A DNA stretch of 64,000 nt. Origin: Octopus vulgaris (Eukaryota). The notes beneath the pieces are model-generated. The model worked only from the letters and a program-made list of their open reading frames with translations, ran no database searches and had not been told where the DNA came from. The DNA is taken from contig OX597819.1 in the NCBI GenBank assembly GCA_951406725.2, positions 115,630,001-115,694,000 of the forward strand. The letters run 5' to 3'. Both the position numbers and the translations under genes were made by a program. Shown here in pieces: positions 1 to 12,029 of the stretch; positions within the stretch are counted from its first letter, which is position 1; each line of letters begins with the position of its first letter.

Positions 1-170
1 ACGAGATGGTGAAGATGCCGACGACCGCTTTGTTCAAAGCCTCCCTGGACCTCAAGTGGCCTGAACTCTTTACATGAACACCACCCTGTACTTAACTCCA
101 TGTCCCCCTACATGGCCTTGCTATTTGCTTTTGAGCCAAATTAACTAACTAACTAACTAACTAACTAACT
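1..170 (+). mobile_element. 3' end of a CR1-type LINE with (TAAC)n tail, cut by the window edge
   Basis: Reads DEMVKMPTTALFKASLDLKWPELFT* followed by a 3' UTR and (TAAC)n; near-identical to the inverted copy at 5971-6285. Confidence 0.8.
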
Positions 171-297
171 CTCAGGTGCAGCTTTTCATGTCACTTCTTA
201 CAGCCTTTACTGTGTGTCCATGCACAGAGTATTTGGGCAGTAGTCATGATGCCGGCATTTTGACACCCGGCGTGAAAACTCGTGATACAGGTAACTC

Positions 298-742
298 GGA
301 TCTTTTCGGTTTGAACGGCAGTTTTTAACATAATTTCTAGGTAGCTAAAACATTTTAAACTTCGTATACTGGTAGAATGTGTTTATAAAACATCTTTTTC
401 TCTTGGCTTTATTGAGAAAATTCTATAGTTTGTAAGATATTTGTTGTTTTTTTCTTCAATTTCTGCAATTTCAACCAATCAATGACGTCCATTGAGTTAA
501 AAAGCATTCTGTGCCGTATGAATATATCACTCGCTTAAGAAACAGATAGGGTTTATTTACATTTGTGAAGAAAAAAAGATACCCTCCCCCCACCAACACT
601 AATCCTAACCCTAACTAACCCTAATTAACCCTAACCCTAAAATAGATTGAAATGCAATAGATCGATACTAGGGTCATAATTATGGGTGACAATTTCATAT
701 GACACCGCTAGAAAAAAACTGACGTTCAAACCGAAAAGATAC
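298..742. mobile_element. MITE with ~29-bp TIRs and 8-bp target-site duplication
   Basis: TIRs ggatcttttcggtttgaacggcagttttt / aaaaactgacgttcaaaccgaaaagatac; ggtaactc repeated at 290-297 and 743-750; internal (CCCTAA)n-like tract at ~596-640. Confidence 0.85.
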
Positions 743-953
743 GGTAACTCTTTTCCAGTACTCAAATGGCTACCAGTCCTACACGTCAGCTAACTTTTTC
801 TCAACTACAATTTTAATCAGTATGCTCTCCAACACCGTTGACAGTTTACCAATAAACCAAACTCTACCCGAAAAAGGATTTGTAGAAGTACATTGTTGAA
901 TCAATTGAAATATGTTGTTAGATCAGTTAAATTGTTGGATCAATAGAAGCATT

Positions 954-1157
954 CTTTTACTCTTTTACTTGTTTCAGTCATTTGACTGCGGCCATGTTGG
1001 AGCACCGCCTTTTGTCGATCAAATCGACCCCAGGACTTATTCTTTGTAAGTCTAGTACATATTCTATCTGTCTCTTTTGCCGAACCGCTAAGTTACAGGG
1101 ACGTGAACACACCACCATCAGTTGTCAAGCGATGTTGGGGGGACAAACACAGACACA

Positions 1158-1221
<64 letters not shown>

Positions 1222-1389
1222 TATACGACGGGCTTCTTTCAGTTTCCGTCTACTAAATCCACTCACAAGGCTTTGGTAGGGCCGAGGCTATAGTAGAAGA
1301 CACTTGCCCAAGGTGCCACGCAGTGGGACTGAACCAGGAACCATGTGGTTGGTAAGCAAGCTACTTACTACACAGCCACTCCTACGCCC
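954..1389 (-). mobile_element. tRNA-derived SINE family A (internal microsatellite)
   Basis: Head ggcgtaggagtggctgtgtagtaag with ggttcagtccc B box, central (CA)n, stem-loop tail and (AAAAGAGT)-like repeats; about 17 copies in the window. Confidence 0.9.
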
Positions 1390-1810
1390 ATACATTATTA
1401 TACTAATGTAAGCTGTCTGTTAGTGATGTTTTCTTCAGATTTTGTGCTCTGATTTAAGGTCGCAGGCGGCTCCGAAGTTGTTCATAAATGAACGTTAGTT
1501 ACTTTATATATTCTTTTAATGCGTCACACAAATTTTGATTTTGATAATGTTGCCTGATGCTGTTACGTTTTCGTAAGTATACATAGTATTTCCATAGCAA
1601 AATCAACCACTTAGTCGTTTCAGAAATAGAGAACGATAAAATAAATACCAAACTGAAATACCTACTAGGATGGATATTATCCAATACAATTCTTGCAGGC
1701 TGTGCTCAGCATGGCCGCAGTCTGATGACTGAAACATGTAAATTAATAAAAGATTAATCCCACAATTTCTAATGTTTTTTCTCTCTTTTAAATATTTTTT
1801 TAAAACTTAG

Positions 1811-2011
1811 GATGAGCAAGAAAGCGAATGGAAATTCTCAAGGACAGAGCTCTGGCTTACTTTTATCGAATCTGGTTGCTGCGTTCCACCACCTTTCAAC
1901 ATTTTACCAAAATTTGATGATTTTTACTATTTCTTTCGTTATCTTTGGCAAAAGTACTCCGGAAAATGTCCATGTATGAAGAAAGAAAAAAGTTCTTCTA
2001 AACAAAACTTG
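1811..2011 (+). CDS. TRPC-family channel, TRP-domain exon (internal exon; upstream exons lie outside the window)
   Basis: ttag acceptor and gtaaca donor; 201 nt, phase 0-0; DEQESEWKFSRTELWLTFIESGCCVPPPFNILPKFDDFYYFFRYLWQKYSGKCPCMKKEKSSSKQNL, matching TRP box 1 (EWKFAR-like) and box 2 (LPPPFN-like). Confidence 0.92.
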
Positions 2012-2970
2012 GTAACAGTTATTATTTATTTTAAAATACGTTTCTTTACATTTGATTGATTATTTCTTTCCTGCTTTTGTTTGTATCCATTTTTAATGAT
2101 TTCAGTCATTGTTCCGTGGCTATACTGCAGCTATGTCACCGAAACCTACTGCCTCCAATATTTATTTTATTGATCTCTGAAAAGCTAGGTCACACCTTAT
2201 GCTGCATTGTATTGAGTGCATTCCTTTACCAGCTATGCTGGTATATTCACTACTTAAAATAAAAAAGAATCTGCTTTGGCTAAAATTTTTAATATATAAT
2301 TAACATGTTCTCTTACCTCAATTTTCCTTTATTAATACCAGTAAATACCATTTAATCAATAATTAAAGATATATGTTCAGTTAGAATTTAAGTATATAAA
2401 TATTGAACTATTTCTATATTTTCTGTCCGTCTATTGTGTAAAATTTTGATATATACTGAAAGTGTCCATAAATATTCTTCTTAATAATCTTTGGAATAAC
2501 CCTAAACTTTATCTGTATATATATATATATAGCAGCATTGTTTTATAGTAGTTAACTGTAGTTCTGTATGATAAGACTTCTCCTATCCCATTAGCATTGG
2601 TCTGCTTAATAGTAGCCGGCATCTTGTTTGAAGTATTCTCTTCATGACATTGCTTCAATTAAATCTTGATTTATGGCTATGCCATTTAGAATGTCTATCT
2701 ACTCTACCCCACCCCAAACTGATACCACCCTCTGTCTTCTCTCAGATTTGATAAACTAGTCTATAAAATTAAAACTAACCCACACCCCGTATTTAAAACT
2801 AAATAACAGAAATCATCAGTGAAAAGCAGTGTCTTCTTTGAAAATATTTAAGTTACAACTGTGATGTTGTTAGTAAAACATATTCTTTGGCTATCTCCTT
2901 ATCCTCTTGGAGATTTTGGATAAAATTATACTAATGTGTCCTTCTAATTTAATTAAATCCTACGTTTTTG

Positions 2971-3057
2971 TGCAGCTGAAGATTGCTCTACATTTTAAAT
3001 TGATGTAATGATTGCATTGTTCAATTAAATGGAGTTGCATGAAACGATCGTACTGCA
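2971..3057 (+). ncRNA. Type I hammerhead ribozyme motif with long helix II
   Basis: tgcag-CTGAAGA-(58-nt stem-loop, cattttaaattga/tcaattaaatg)-GAAA-cgatcg-TA-ctgca; helix I is 5 bp and helix III is palindromic. Confidence 0.72.
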
Positions 3058-3167
3058 TTACCTCTGGATATCCTTGTTACTTATTTTGATTTTAATCACC
3101 TTATTTGAAATTGTATGGATAATACCATACTAAATTCTGGTGTCTCGACTTAAGTACCATATTCATC

Positions 3168-3169
3168 TG

Positions 3170-3244
<75 letters not shown>
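3168..3244. repeat. (TATC)n microsatellite
   Basis: Directly visible. Confidence 0.95.
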
Positions 3245-3353
3245 GCATACATACACACACACAAACACACGCGCGCACATATATATTCACCTATATTATA
3301 TATAATCTATCAGTCCATTTTTCTGATAACAGAACCGACACTTGAAGGAGTTT

Positions 3354-3407
<54 letters not shown>

Positions 3408-3619
3408 ATGTGTGTTTGTGTGTGTGTATGTGTTGCTCGCAAAACAAATTGTTTTGCAGCTGTCGCAACTAAACAAGATGTAGAACAGAAGGCAGTAAGT
3501 GGAGAAGGCGAAGGTGTGATAAGACTATAGAATAAGAGATGGTGGTGGTGGTGGTGACAGGAGAAGTGCAGTATTTGCCAATGACAGCAAACCATCACTC
3601 ACTCACTCAATCAATCAAT

Positions 3620-3673
<54 letters not shown>

Positions 3674-3759
3674 TACACTCATGCGCACACAGTGTGAGAT
3701 ACGTGGGAAATTATATGTGGTTGATTTAAATTTCTTAACAGTGTTTCTGTCATTGAGTT

Positions 3760-4060
3760 AAAGCTTACACGGTACCTGTTCAAAGCTACCAAAATAATCA
3801 CCGGGTTAAACTTACGTAATCATTGTTGCTGAGTCAAAGTTGATATGCCTGTCACTGGGCCACGAAGAAGATTACTGCGTAAAAGTTACATAATTTTTGT
3901 TATCATAAATTGATTACTTTGTCAAGAGTTTACAATATCCAAGTTACTGGCCTATAAAGTAATCACTGAAGTAGTTACGTTATTCATGTGACGGGCGATG
4001 AAGTGATTATTATGTGAGCGTTTACGTTATCCCTGTTACTAGGCCACGAAGTAATCACAT
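3760..4060. repeat. Degenerate ~45-50-bp minisatellite
   Basis: Recurring ttacg..atccctgttactgggccacgaagtaatcac-like units. Confidence 0.5.
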
Positions 4061-4408
4061 CCAGCTATTATTTTTTTAAAAACTCCACTCAGCAATTTTG
4101 CCAAATTTCTTCTTACTGAGTTGTCTCCCTTACATTTCTTAACACGTGGAACGTTTGTTCTGTTCTTCATAACCTCACCACCTGACTGCTGCTATCTTTA
4201 ACTACATCTGGGAGTTACCGAATGGTAAATGATGCGTTCTTTTTGGATCGGTAAAATCGTTATGTGTGTGTGTGTGTCTGCTTGTGTGTCTGTGTGTGTG
4301 GAAAAGTTTAGATATTCTCTTGATGCTGATGATTTACTCGATCGCCACTCCTATTGTCTCGCTGTCGCCTGTTCATTCAGGCGGCAATTATAGCATGCAA
4401 GTTCTCAT

Positions 4409-4645
4409 TTACTCTTACACTTTTACTCTTTAACCTGTTTCTGTCATTTGACTGTGGCCATGCTGGAGTACCGCCTTTAGTCGAGCAAATCGACCCCAGG
4501 ACTTATTCTTTGTAAGCCTAGTACTTATTCTATCGGTCTCTTTTTGCCAAACCGCTAAGTTAGGGGGACGTAAACACACCAGCATCGGTTGTCAAGCGAT
4601 GTTGTGGGGGCGGGGGACAAACACAGACACAGACACAGACACACA

Positions 4646-4688
<43 letters not shown>

Positions 4689-4831
4689 GACGGGCTTCTT
4701 TCAGTTTCCGTCTACCAAATCCACTGACAAGGCTTTGATTGGGCCTAGGATATAGTAGAAGACACTTGCCCAAGGTGCCACGCAGTGGGACTGAACCTGG
4801 AACCATGTGGTTGTTAAGCCACTCCTGCGCC
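4409..4831 (-). mobile_element. SINE family A
   Basis: Same head, microsatellite and tail layout as 954-1389. Confidence 0.9.
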
Positions 4832-4919
4832 AAACAAACATTTACTCATGATTCAAACAAAATCATGCACTATTACTTCACAACGAATCTAAAATATATT
4901 TCTTTTGTCTTTCTTTTAG

Positions 4920-4970
4920 GAATCGGATGAAGAGAGAGGTTCAGATGAACTCAATGAGAAAGAGAGAACT
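4920..4970 (+). CDS. TRPC-family channel, 51-nt exon
   Basis: Polypyrimidine tract plus ttttag acceptor, gtaagt donor; phase 0-0; ESDEERGSDELNEKERT, in frame with neighbouring exons. Confidence 0.8.
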
Positions 4971-5581
4971 GTAAGTAATGGTTGGATTCACTCTCCATAT
5001 TTCGAAAAATAAGATTTTCATTTGTTCAAAGAGTGATGTTTATTAGGGAATGGTAAATAAAATGAAGTGACTAAAACGACGCCATTACAACGGGGAATCA
5101 AATACCGATTGTGATGAGCCATCAACTTCTATTAACTTCTGCCAGCAAGTGAGACGATGTGAACTTTGTTATTCCATGGAGATTTGATTGATTTTCTCGC
5201 AATTTAATCAACCTGCTAAAAAATTCCAGTCAAATCTCCCGTCAAGTAACGCCCTGGCCTGTGAAAGGCACATTAGATATCATCTTATGTACACTATGCC
5301 TGACAAACAAAAGATAAAAACCGACCGGTGGGTCAACTTTGATCTGAAATGGCACCATCAGAATGCTCCTCGATGCGGTCGACTTATTTTAAGTTACATT
5401 GTATTTTTGTAGCAGATCTCTGCAATATTCTTCTTACATTAGAAGTCAAGCAGGAAGAGTTGTTAGAGCAACGGAAAAATGCTTTGCCGTATATCTTCTG
5501 CTGCCGAAGTCATCTTTATCTTTCATCCCTCCGAGGTCGATAAAATGAAGTACCAATCAAATATTGGTACTTCATTTTATG

Positions 5582-5795
5582 AAGACGCACCTCGTTCTGT
5601 TGAGTTTGATGAAGAGCGATTAAACCAACTTTTGCACGAAAATTCTCTTCAAACGACAAGGAAAATGGCAGAGAAATGGAATGCTCCACTCTGTTGCAGA
5701 GAAGCATCTTCACTCGATGGGAAATGTTCAGAAGTATGGAGCATGGTTTAAGTGACGACAACAAAAATCAACGAGCCACAATCTCCGTTTGTTTG
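5582..5795 (+). mobile_element. Mariner transposase fragment, same family as 17849-19153
   Basis: DAPRSVEFDEERLNQLLHENSLQTTRKMAEK nearly identical to the 18285-18824 ORF. Confidence 0.85.
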
Positions 5796-5970
5796 CCGAA
5801 ATCAGAAAGCATTATATTTGTTTAAGTTCAGATCAGCTTTGAGCGAGTCAACCTTTGATTAAAGTTATTCTATCCGAGATGAATCATAGCTTTTATTCAG
5901 ATATACTGTATCTAGTACCACATTTTTCTAAGTATATCTCCTCAGTTTTCAAAAAGATGGTTGGGCAAGA

Positions 5971-6285
5971 TTTAGTTAGTTAGTTAGTTAATTAGTTAAT
6001 TTTTGGCTCAAAAAGCAAAAAGCAAGGCCATGTAGGGGGACATGGAGTTATGTACAGGGTGGTGCTCATGTAAAGAGTTCAGGCCACTTGTGGTCAAGGG
6101 AGACTTTGAACCGAGCGGTCGTCGGCATCTTCACCATCTCGTCCGGCAGCTTATTCCACGGATCCGCAACCCGGACAGAGAAAGCCCCTCTCCTTCGATT
6201 GAGATGAAATCGTTGCAGATAGAGCTTTTCGGAATGACCTCGCAGCCGACGCTCTGGAGCAGGCGTGAAGAACAGCTCTTTCGAG
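5971..6285 (-). mobile_element. 5'-truncated CR1-type LINE 3' end
   Basis: Minus strand FTPAPERRLRGHSEKLYLQRFHLNRRRGAFSVRVADPWNKLP...KWPELFT* (CR1 ORF2 C-terminal RGH...WNxLP motif) plus (TAAC)n tail. Confidence 0.85.
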
Positions 6286-6699
6286 AGGTTACACTGTCAT
6301 TTAAGATAGATTTGACTGCTGTTTCTGCAGCAAACCGACATCCTGTTCAGTCAAGCGCAGAGTTAAATGCATTGACTCTTGGACTCACAGTCGTTTAATA
6401 CAAAGGAAGCTCCTGGCGTCATGGATTTGTTGGCTTGAAAGGAACTTTAAAATTCTTTTCCTTGAGCAGAAAAGTAAGCAGTAAACAAACTGTTATGACC
6501 GTTTTTTTGGCATCAAAGCTTAGCATTCGGGATCCATAGCTGTTAAAATCGAATCAAAATTCAACCATCTTACATGGTCTCCCATACAAAATTCTTATAC
6601 GGTTGTCTTACACATAAAACTCATTCTCCCCAAGGCAAAAATTCATATATTCGTGTACAGAAAATAACATATATACATATAAGAGTCACCTATACAATA

Positions 6700-7280
6700 A
6701 TATTCTTTTCTACTCTAAGCACAAGGCTCGAAATTTTTGGGGCCAGTCGATTATATCGACCACAGTTTGCAACTGATGCTTAATTTATCGACCCTGAAAG
6801 GATGATAGGCAAATTCGACCTTTACTCAGAACTTAAAGACAGACGAACATATACAATAATATTATTATGTCTATGCTTAAGGCGATGAGCTAGCAGAATC
6901 GTTAACACACCGGACAAAACGCTTAGGTGCGTGTCGTCCGTCTTTACATTCTGGGTTCAAATTCTACCGAGGCTGACTTTGCCTTTTTATCATTCTGGGG
7001 TCGATCGATCTAATCGACTTACCCCCGAACTTGTTGACCTTGTGCCGAAATTATTTCGACGTTTAAGGTGGCTAGATGGCTGAACCGTTAGCACACCGGA
7101 CAAAATGTTTAGCGGTATTATTCCGTCTTTATATTCTGGGCTCAAATTTCACCGAGTTCGACTTTGCTTTTCAACCTTTCGGGGTCGGTAAAGTAAGTAC
7201 TAGTCAAGTAATAGAATTGATGTAATCGACTAGTCCTCTCTCAAAAACTGCTGCTCCTGTGCCAAAATTTGAAACCATTA
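6700..7280. mobile_element. Cluster of degenerate SINE family C copies in both orientations
   Basis: Repeated gaggtcgactttgcctttcatcctttcggggtcg-like central motif. Confidence 0.7.
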
Positions 7281-7547
7281 TTATGCCTACGTTTATGGTG
7301 GTGTATTGGCTAAAGTGCTAGAGTGTCGGACAAAATACCTTGCAATATTTGCCCTAGCTTTTCGCCTTTTCTTCTTCTGACTCCAAATACCGTCAAGTCA
7401 ACTTAACCTTTCAGCATTTCGAATTCGATAAAATACTAGTCAAGTGTGGGAGTCGATTTAATCCAAATTTCATGTCCTAACTTTTTTGGTTTGTGCATAT
7501 AAAATAAATTGGTGAATTGTGTGCGCCTGCCTTTCTGTCTGTCTGTT

Positions 7548-7580
<33 letters not shown>

Positions 7581-7668
7581 GTCAATCATGCGAAAAGCTA
7601 AAACTACGTAAGCAATAGACTGTAGCAACATCACTGCCTATAAAGCGAAAATAACACAAACTAACTAT

Positions 7669-7841
7669 AGGTGTAGGAGTGGCTGTGTGGTAAGTAACTT
7701 GCTTACCAGCCACATGGTTCCAGGTTCAGTCCCACTGCGTGGCACCTTGGGCAAGTGCCTTCTACTATAACCTCGGGCCGACCAAAGCCTTGAGAGTGGA
7801 TTTGGTAGACGGAAACTGAAAGAAGCCTGTCGTTTATATGT

Positions 7842-7906
<65 letters not shown>

Positions 7907-8078
7907 ACTGTGTGTGTCTGTGTTCGCGCCCCCCAATATCGCTTGACAACCGATGCTGGTGTGTTTACGTTCCCGTAACTTAGCAGTCCTTGGCTTACAA
8001 AGAATAAGTCCTGGGTTCGATTTGCTTGAGTAAAGGCAGTCTCCAGCATGGCCGCTGTCAAATGACTGTAAAAGAGTA
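7669..8078 (+). mobile_element. SINE family A with internal deletion
   Basis: Head, microsatellite and tail match the family. Confidence 0.9.
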
Positions 8079-8134
8079 ACGATTGATTGTAATTATGTTT
8101 ATTGTACTTTGTTTTCTCTTTCTTTATTTTACAG

Positions 8135-8204
8135 AATGTTATTTCTAAAATAATTAGACGCTTTGTATTGCAATCGTCGAAAGAAAAGCTTGAAGATAAC
8201 GAAG
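8135..8204 (+). CDS. TRPC-family channel, rib-helix/CIRB-region exon
   Basis: ttttacag acceptor, gtgagt donor; 70 nt, phase 0-1; NVISKIIRRFVLQSSKEKLEDNE(G) resembles TRPC VMRxLVKRYV. Confidence 0.85.
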
Positions 8205-8210
8205 GTGAGT

Positions 8211-8241
<31 letters not shown>

Positions 8242-8349
8242 TTTTTCTGGATAGGATACTCTCTTTACATGTCCTTCTCGACCATACATTCAATTTCTGA
8301 TTAGTGGTTTGCTACCAATGGACCATTAGCTCCTATGACAACGATATAA

Positions 8350-9100
8350 TTATTTTTGTTGTTTGAAGTTTAATCAAACGAGGAAATGTGGTGACCATGA
8401 CAATTACGGGGCTTCCAAGACAGAGCGCAGTTATGGAAGTCGATAGGAGACAAGGAAGAAGCTACACATCATGTGTTGTAATGCTGTTTGGAGTCAGTAG
8501 CCGTGCGTAGATATATTAGTTAAGAAAAAAGACCCCTAAGGCAGTACTCATGGAAATAGGACCCTGCCCCATATAGTTCTAGATTTCTGTTGAAGAACCA
8601 TTTAAACCTGGTCTCTATAACAAAGAGTGACACATGCCCGCACATAGCAGTGAATTTCTATTAAAAAACTACTTAAGCCTGTCTTTTATAGGAGTCAATG
8701 TGAGGGTGTTGTAAGCTGCAGGACATGACATCTTTAGAGCAAGACATGATCCGTAAGAGTCAAGACTATTGAAAATGTTGCAAGACGCAACGAAAATTTT
8801 AGGAAAATAAAAATTAGAAATAAGTGGAAATTGTACCGGTGAGTGTGTTACATTATAAGGCACAAAAAGGAAATGACTCTACCCAGACACAACAGAATAT
8901 GCTTCAACACACGAACTCATATAAATAATCTTGCAAACCAAATCCCAAAACGAAAAATGATCCGTAATGTTTTGCAATAGCTTGGGCCATGCTACAGTCT
9001 CCCAATAACCAGTAAGCGGTGTTAAGCAGGGCGACACATTGGGTCTACTGCCAATGAAATTTTTGAGAGCCACTCATAATCGAACCGGTAAAGAGTTATA
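8350..9100 (+). pseudogene. Highly decayed non-LTR retrotransposon relic (possibly RTE-like)
   Basis: GVKQGDTLG at ~9017-9045 resembles the RT QG motif; IGVNVRVL at ~8690 resembles an APE start; heavily disrupted. Confidence 0.4.
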
Positions 9101-10464
9101 TATACAATCAAAGGAACAGCGAATTGTATCCAGTCATTGGTACTGCAGTGTAGTTTTCGCAAAACCTTATTTCTAGCATTCGCAGGTGTCACCATCATGT
9201 GATCTACGACAGTAGGAATACTGTAAAGTTAAATCAGTATCTGTTGTTGAATTTGACAGCACCTGTAGGTGGTAAAACTTGAAAGAGTGTATAGATTCCA
9301 CTAAAGCGATTTACACTAGATAATCCAAATGAACCCAAAACTTTTCATACCCTCTCCTTACAGCTAATGTGTCCCGGTAAATACTGAGAAATATGGTCTG
9401 AATTCTCTACGGAAATTAAACTAATTTCTATTAAATTCTGAAGTTAAACACTATTGAAATTAGCTAATTAGCTTTACCTTTCATTCTTCTACTGTAGAGA
9501 TTTTAAGTACCAATAATATTTTGTGGTAAATTCTATTGAATACAATTCTGTTTGATGGTCGTATGTTTGCATATGAAATTACTGTATGATTACTATGAAA
9601 TAATTGTGTAATTACTATGTGAGTTAGACAAAATATTACGAGCAAATTTTACAAGAATATCTTTAGTTTACAAAGAAATTAATTTCTAATTATTTAGGAA
9701 GTTAAAAACACTTTTACATTAAACCGTAAATAACGACTTTTCCCCTCTACGAAGAATTCTTTTCCATTGTAAATATGACACTAAAAAAACAAATACGCAT
9801 CGATTTATGTTTCAAGGGAGAATACTCTTCTTTCTTTACAAGGGAAATAACTCTAATTTATATTTTTAAATAATTGCACGAAAACATACATTTGAATTGT
9901 GTAAACATTAAATCGTAAATGAAGTTATAAATATATTCCTTCGATCGGTCGAATGAATTAGATGAGAAATGCTACTCGACGTTAAATTTTGTCATTGTTA
10001 TAAATATAGAAAAACAGAACTATGACAAGGATACATGCACGGTCTTATAATATCATCCTTAGTTACCACCAAGTACAGCGAGACTCTGTGGAAACTGTTG
10101 GTGGTCTAAATCGATAAAAGTTATTTAGTAATTCTCGCTCATTCGGATAAGTTTGTAAGACTCTGGTAGTGGAACGTACTAACGTTTCTAGTGCTACCTA
10201 GTTAATATTTAACCCCAACCTCCAAAAAACAAAACATCAGCTGGATAAAATTTTCATAAAAAAACATTAATTAAAATATGCTAGGTTTAACATTGAGCAT
10301 AATTCAGTTTTTAGATCAGAACTACATACCTATCAGCTTCTCTACTGAGACGCCCCCAGTGCAATCGATCTGCACCGGAAGGTCGATCGAGTAAACTCTT
10401 ACGACATACTCAACCCGAAGATTCACTAAAATCAACGGCTAAAGGTTACTTTCGTTGAAGAACT

Positions 10465-10538
10465 CATGTACACGTATATATGTATGTGTGTATGTATGTG
10501 TTTATGTGAGTGTGTATGTATGTATGTATGTATGTTTG

Positions 10539-10569
<31 letters not shown>

Positions 10570-11463
10570 GTGTGCGTGTATGTATATATGTATGTATGTA
10601 TATATGTATGTATGTATATATGTATGTATGTGTGTATGTGTATGTATGCATGTATGGATGCATGCATGTATGTATGTTTGTATGTATGTGTGTTTGTATG
10701 TATGTGTGTTTGTATGTATGTATGCATATAAGTCTGCATGTGTGGCTGTATGTATATATGTATGCATGTATGTATGTATGGATTGATGTCTGTATGCATC
10801 TATGCATGCATGTATTTATGGATTTATGTATGTATGTATGTATGTATGTATGTGTGTGTGTATGTATGTATGTATGTATGTATGCATGCATGTATGCATG
10901 TATGTATGCATTTATGTATGTATGTTTGCATGTATGATTGCATGTATGAATGTATGTATGTACGCATGTATGATTGCATGTATGAATGTATGTATGCATG
11001 TATGTATGTATATATGTATGTATGTATGTATCTATGTATGTATGCATGCATGTATGTATGTATGCACGTATATATGTATGCATGCATGAATGTATGTATG
11101 TATGCATGCATGTATGCATGTATGTGTGTATGGATGGATGTATATATGTCAGTCTGTATATGTATGAATGTATGTGTGTGTTTATGTATGTATGTGTGTG
11201 TGTATGTATATATGAATGTGTGTATATATGTGTGCGCGTGCGTTTGTGTATGTATGCGTGTATGAATGTATGGGTGTGTACATGTATGTATGTATGGATG
11301 GATGTGTCTGTATGTATATGTATGAATGTATTTCAGTGTATATATGTATGTATGTACGTGTTCGCGTTTATGTGAGTTCGTGCGTGCATGTGTATGTATG
11401 TGTTTATGAATGTATATATGTGTACATGTATGTATATATGTATGTATGTATGCAAGCATGTAT
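10465..11463. repeat. ~1-kb degenerate (TGTA)n/(TGCA)n microsatellite in the last TRP intron
   Basis: Directly visible; source of many spurious ORFs. Confidence 0.95.
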
Positions 11464-11549
11464 GGTTGCACCTCTCATTTCTCTTTCTCCCTCTCTCCCT
11501 CTATCTGTCCACCGAGAAATATATAAATAACAAATAATAGCAATAGTAA

Positions 11550-11605
<56 letters not shown>

Positions 11606-11640
11606 ATAATAATTTTATTTATTTTATTTCCTGTATAAAG

Positions 11641-12029
11641 GTGGGTCTGATGACGTTATCAAGCGACTGATTGACAACTTGGCATCGAAACTATACAAGA
11701 AGCTCGACACGATTAAAGAAAAAGTTTCCGTTGTGGAACAGAGCGTAACAAATGTTCATTCAGAAGAGGACAAAATTCTGAAGACACAGAGTCAACAATT
11801 GACTTTGGTCAATACACAGATTACGCTGTCTGAAAAGATGCTGTCGAAAATACAAGTTCTTGCCGACGATACGAAAACAACCATAGAAAAATCCATGAAA
11901 GATTTGGAAGAAACCATTTCTCAAGCAGAAGCTAGATATATGCTTATGGAAGAGGAGAAAGAAAAAAAGAGGCAAGAAGGTATGGAAGAACCTGAAGAAT
12001 CCGGTGAAGATGCTGACTCTCGTCTCTGA
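11641..12029 (+). CDS. TRPC-family channel, last coding exon (coiled-coil tail, ends DSRL*)
   Basis: taaag acceptor after an AT/pyrimidine tract; phase 1 joins the previous exon; GSDDVIKRLIDNLASKLYKKLDTIKEKV...EESGEDADSRL*; non-repetitive heptad-rich ORF. Confidence 0.85.

Noticed and set aside
1722-1740. Minimal hammerhead CTGATGA-CT-GAAA-CATG-TA
   Set aside because: It is a variant of the SINE A tail stem-loop (cagtcaaatgactgaaacaagta), and no helix I can form.
10432-11530. Many overlapping 100-215-aa ORFs
   Set aside because: Translations of the (TGTA)n microsatellite.
12018-12029. C-terminal SRL as a peroxisomal PTS1 signal
   Set aside because: PTS1 import applies to soluble matrix proteins; for a polytopic channel a PDZ ligand is more plausible.
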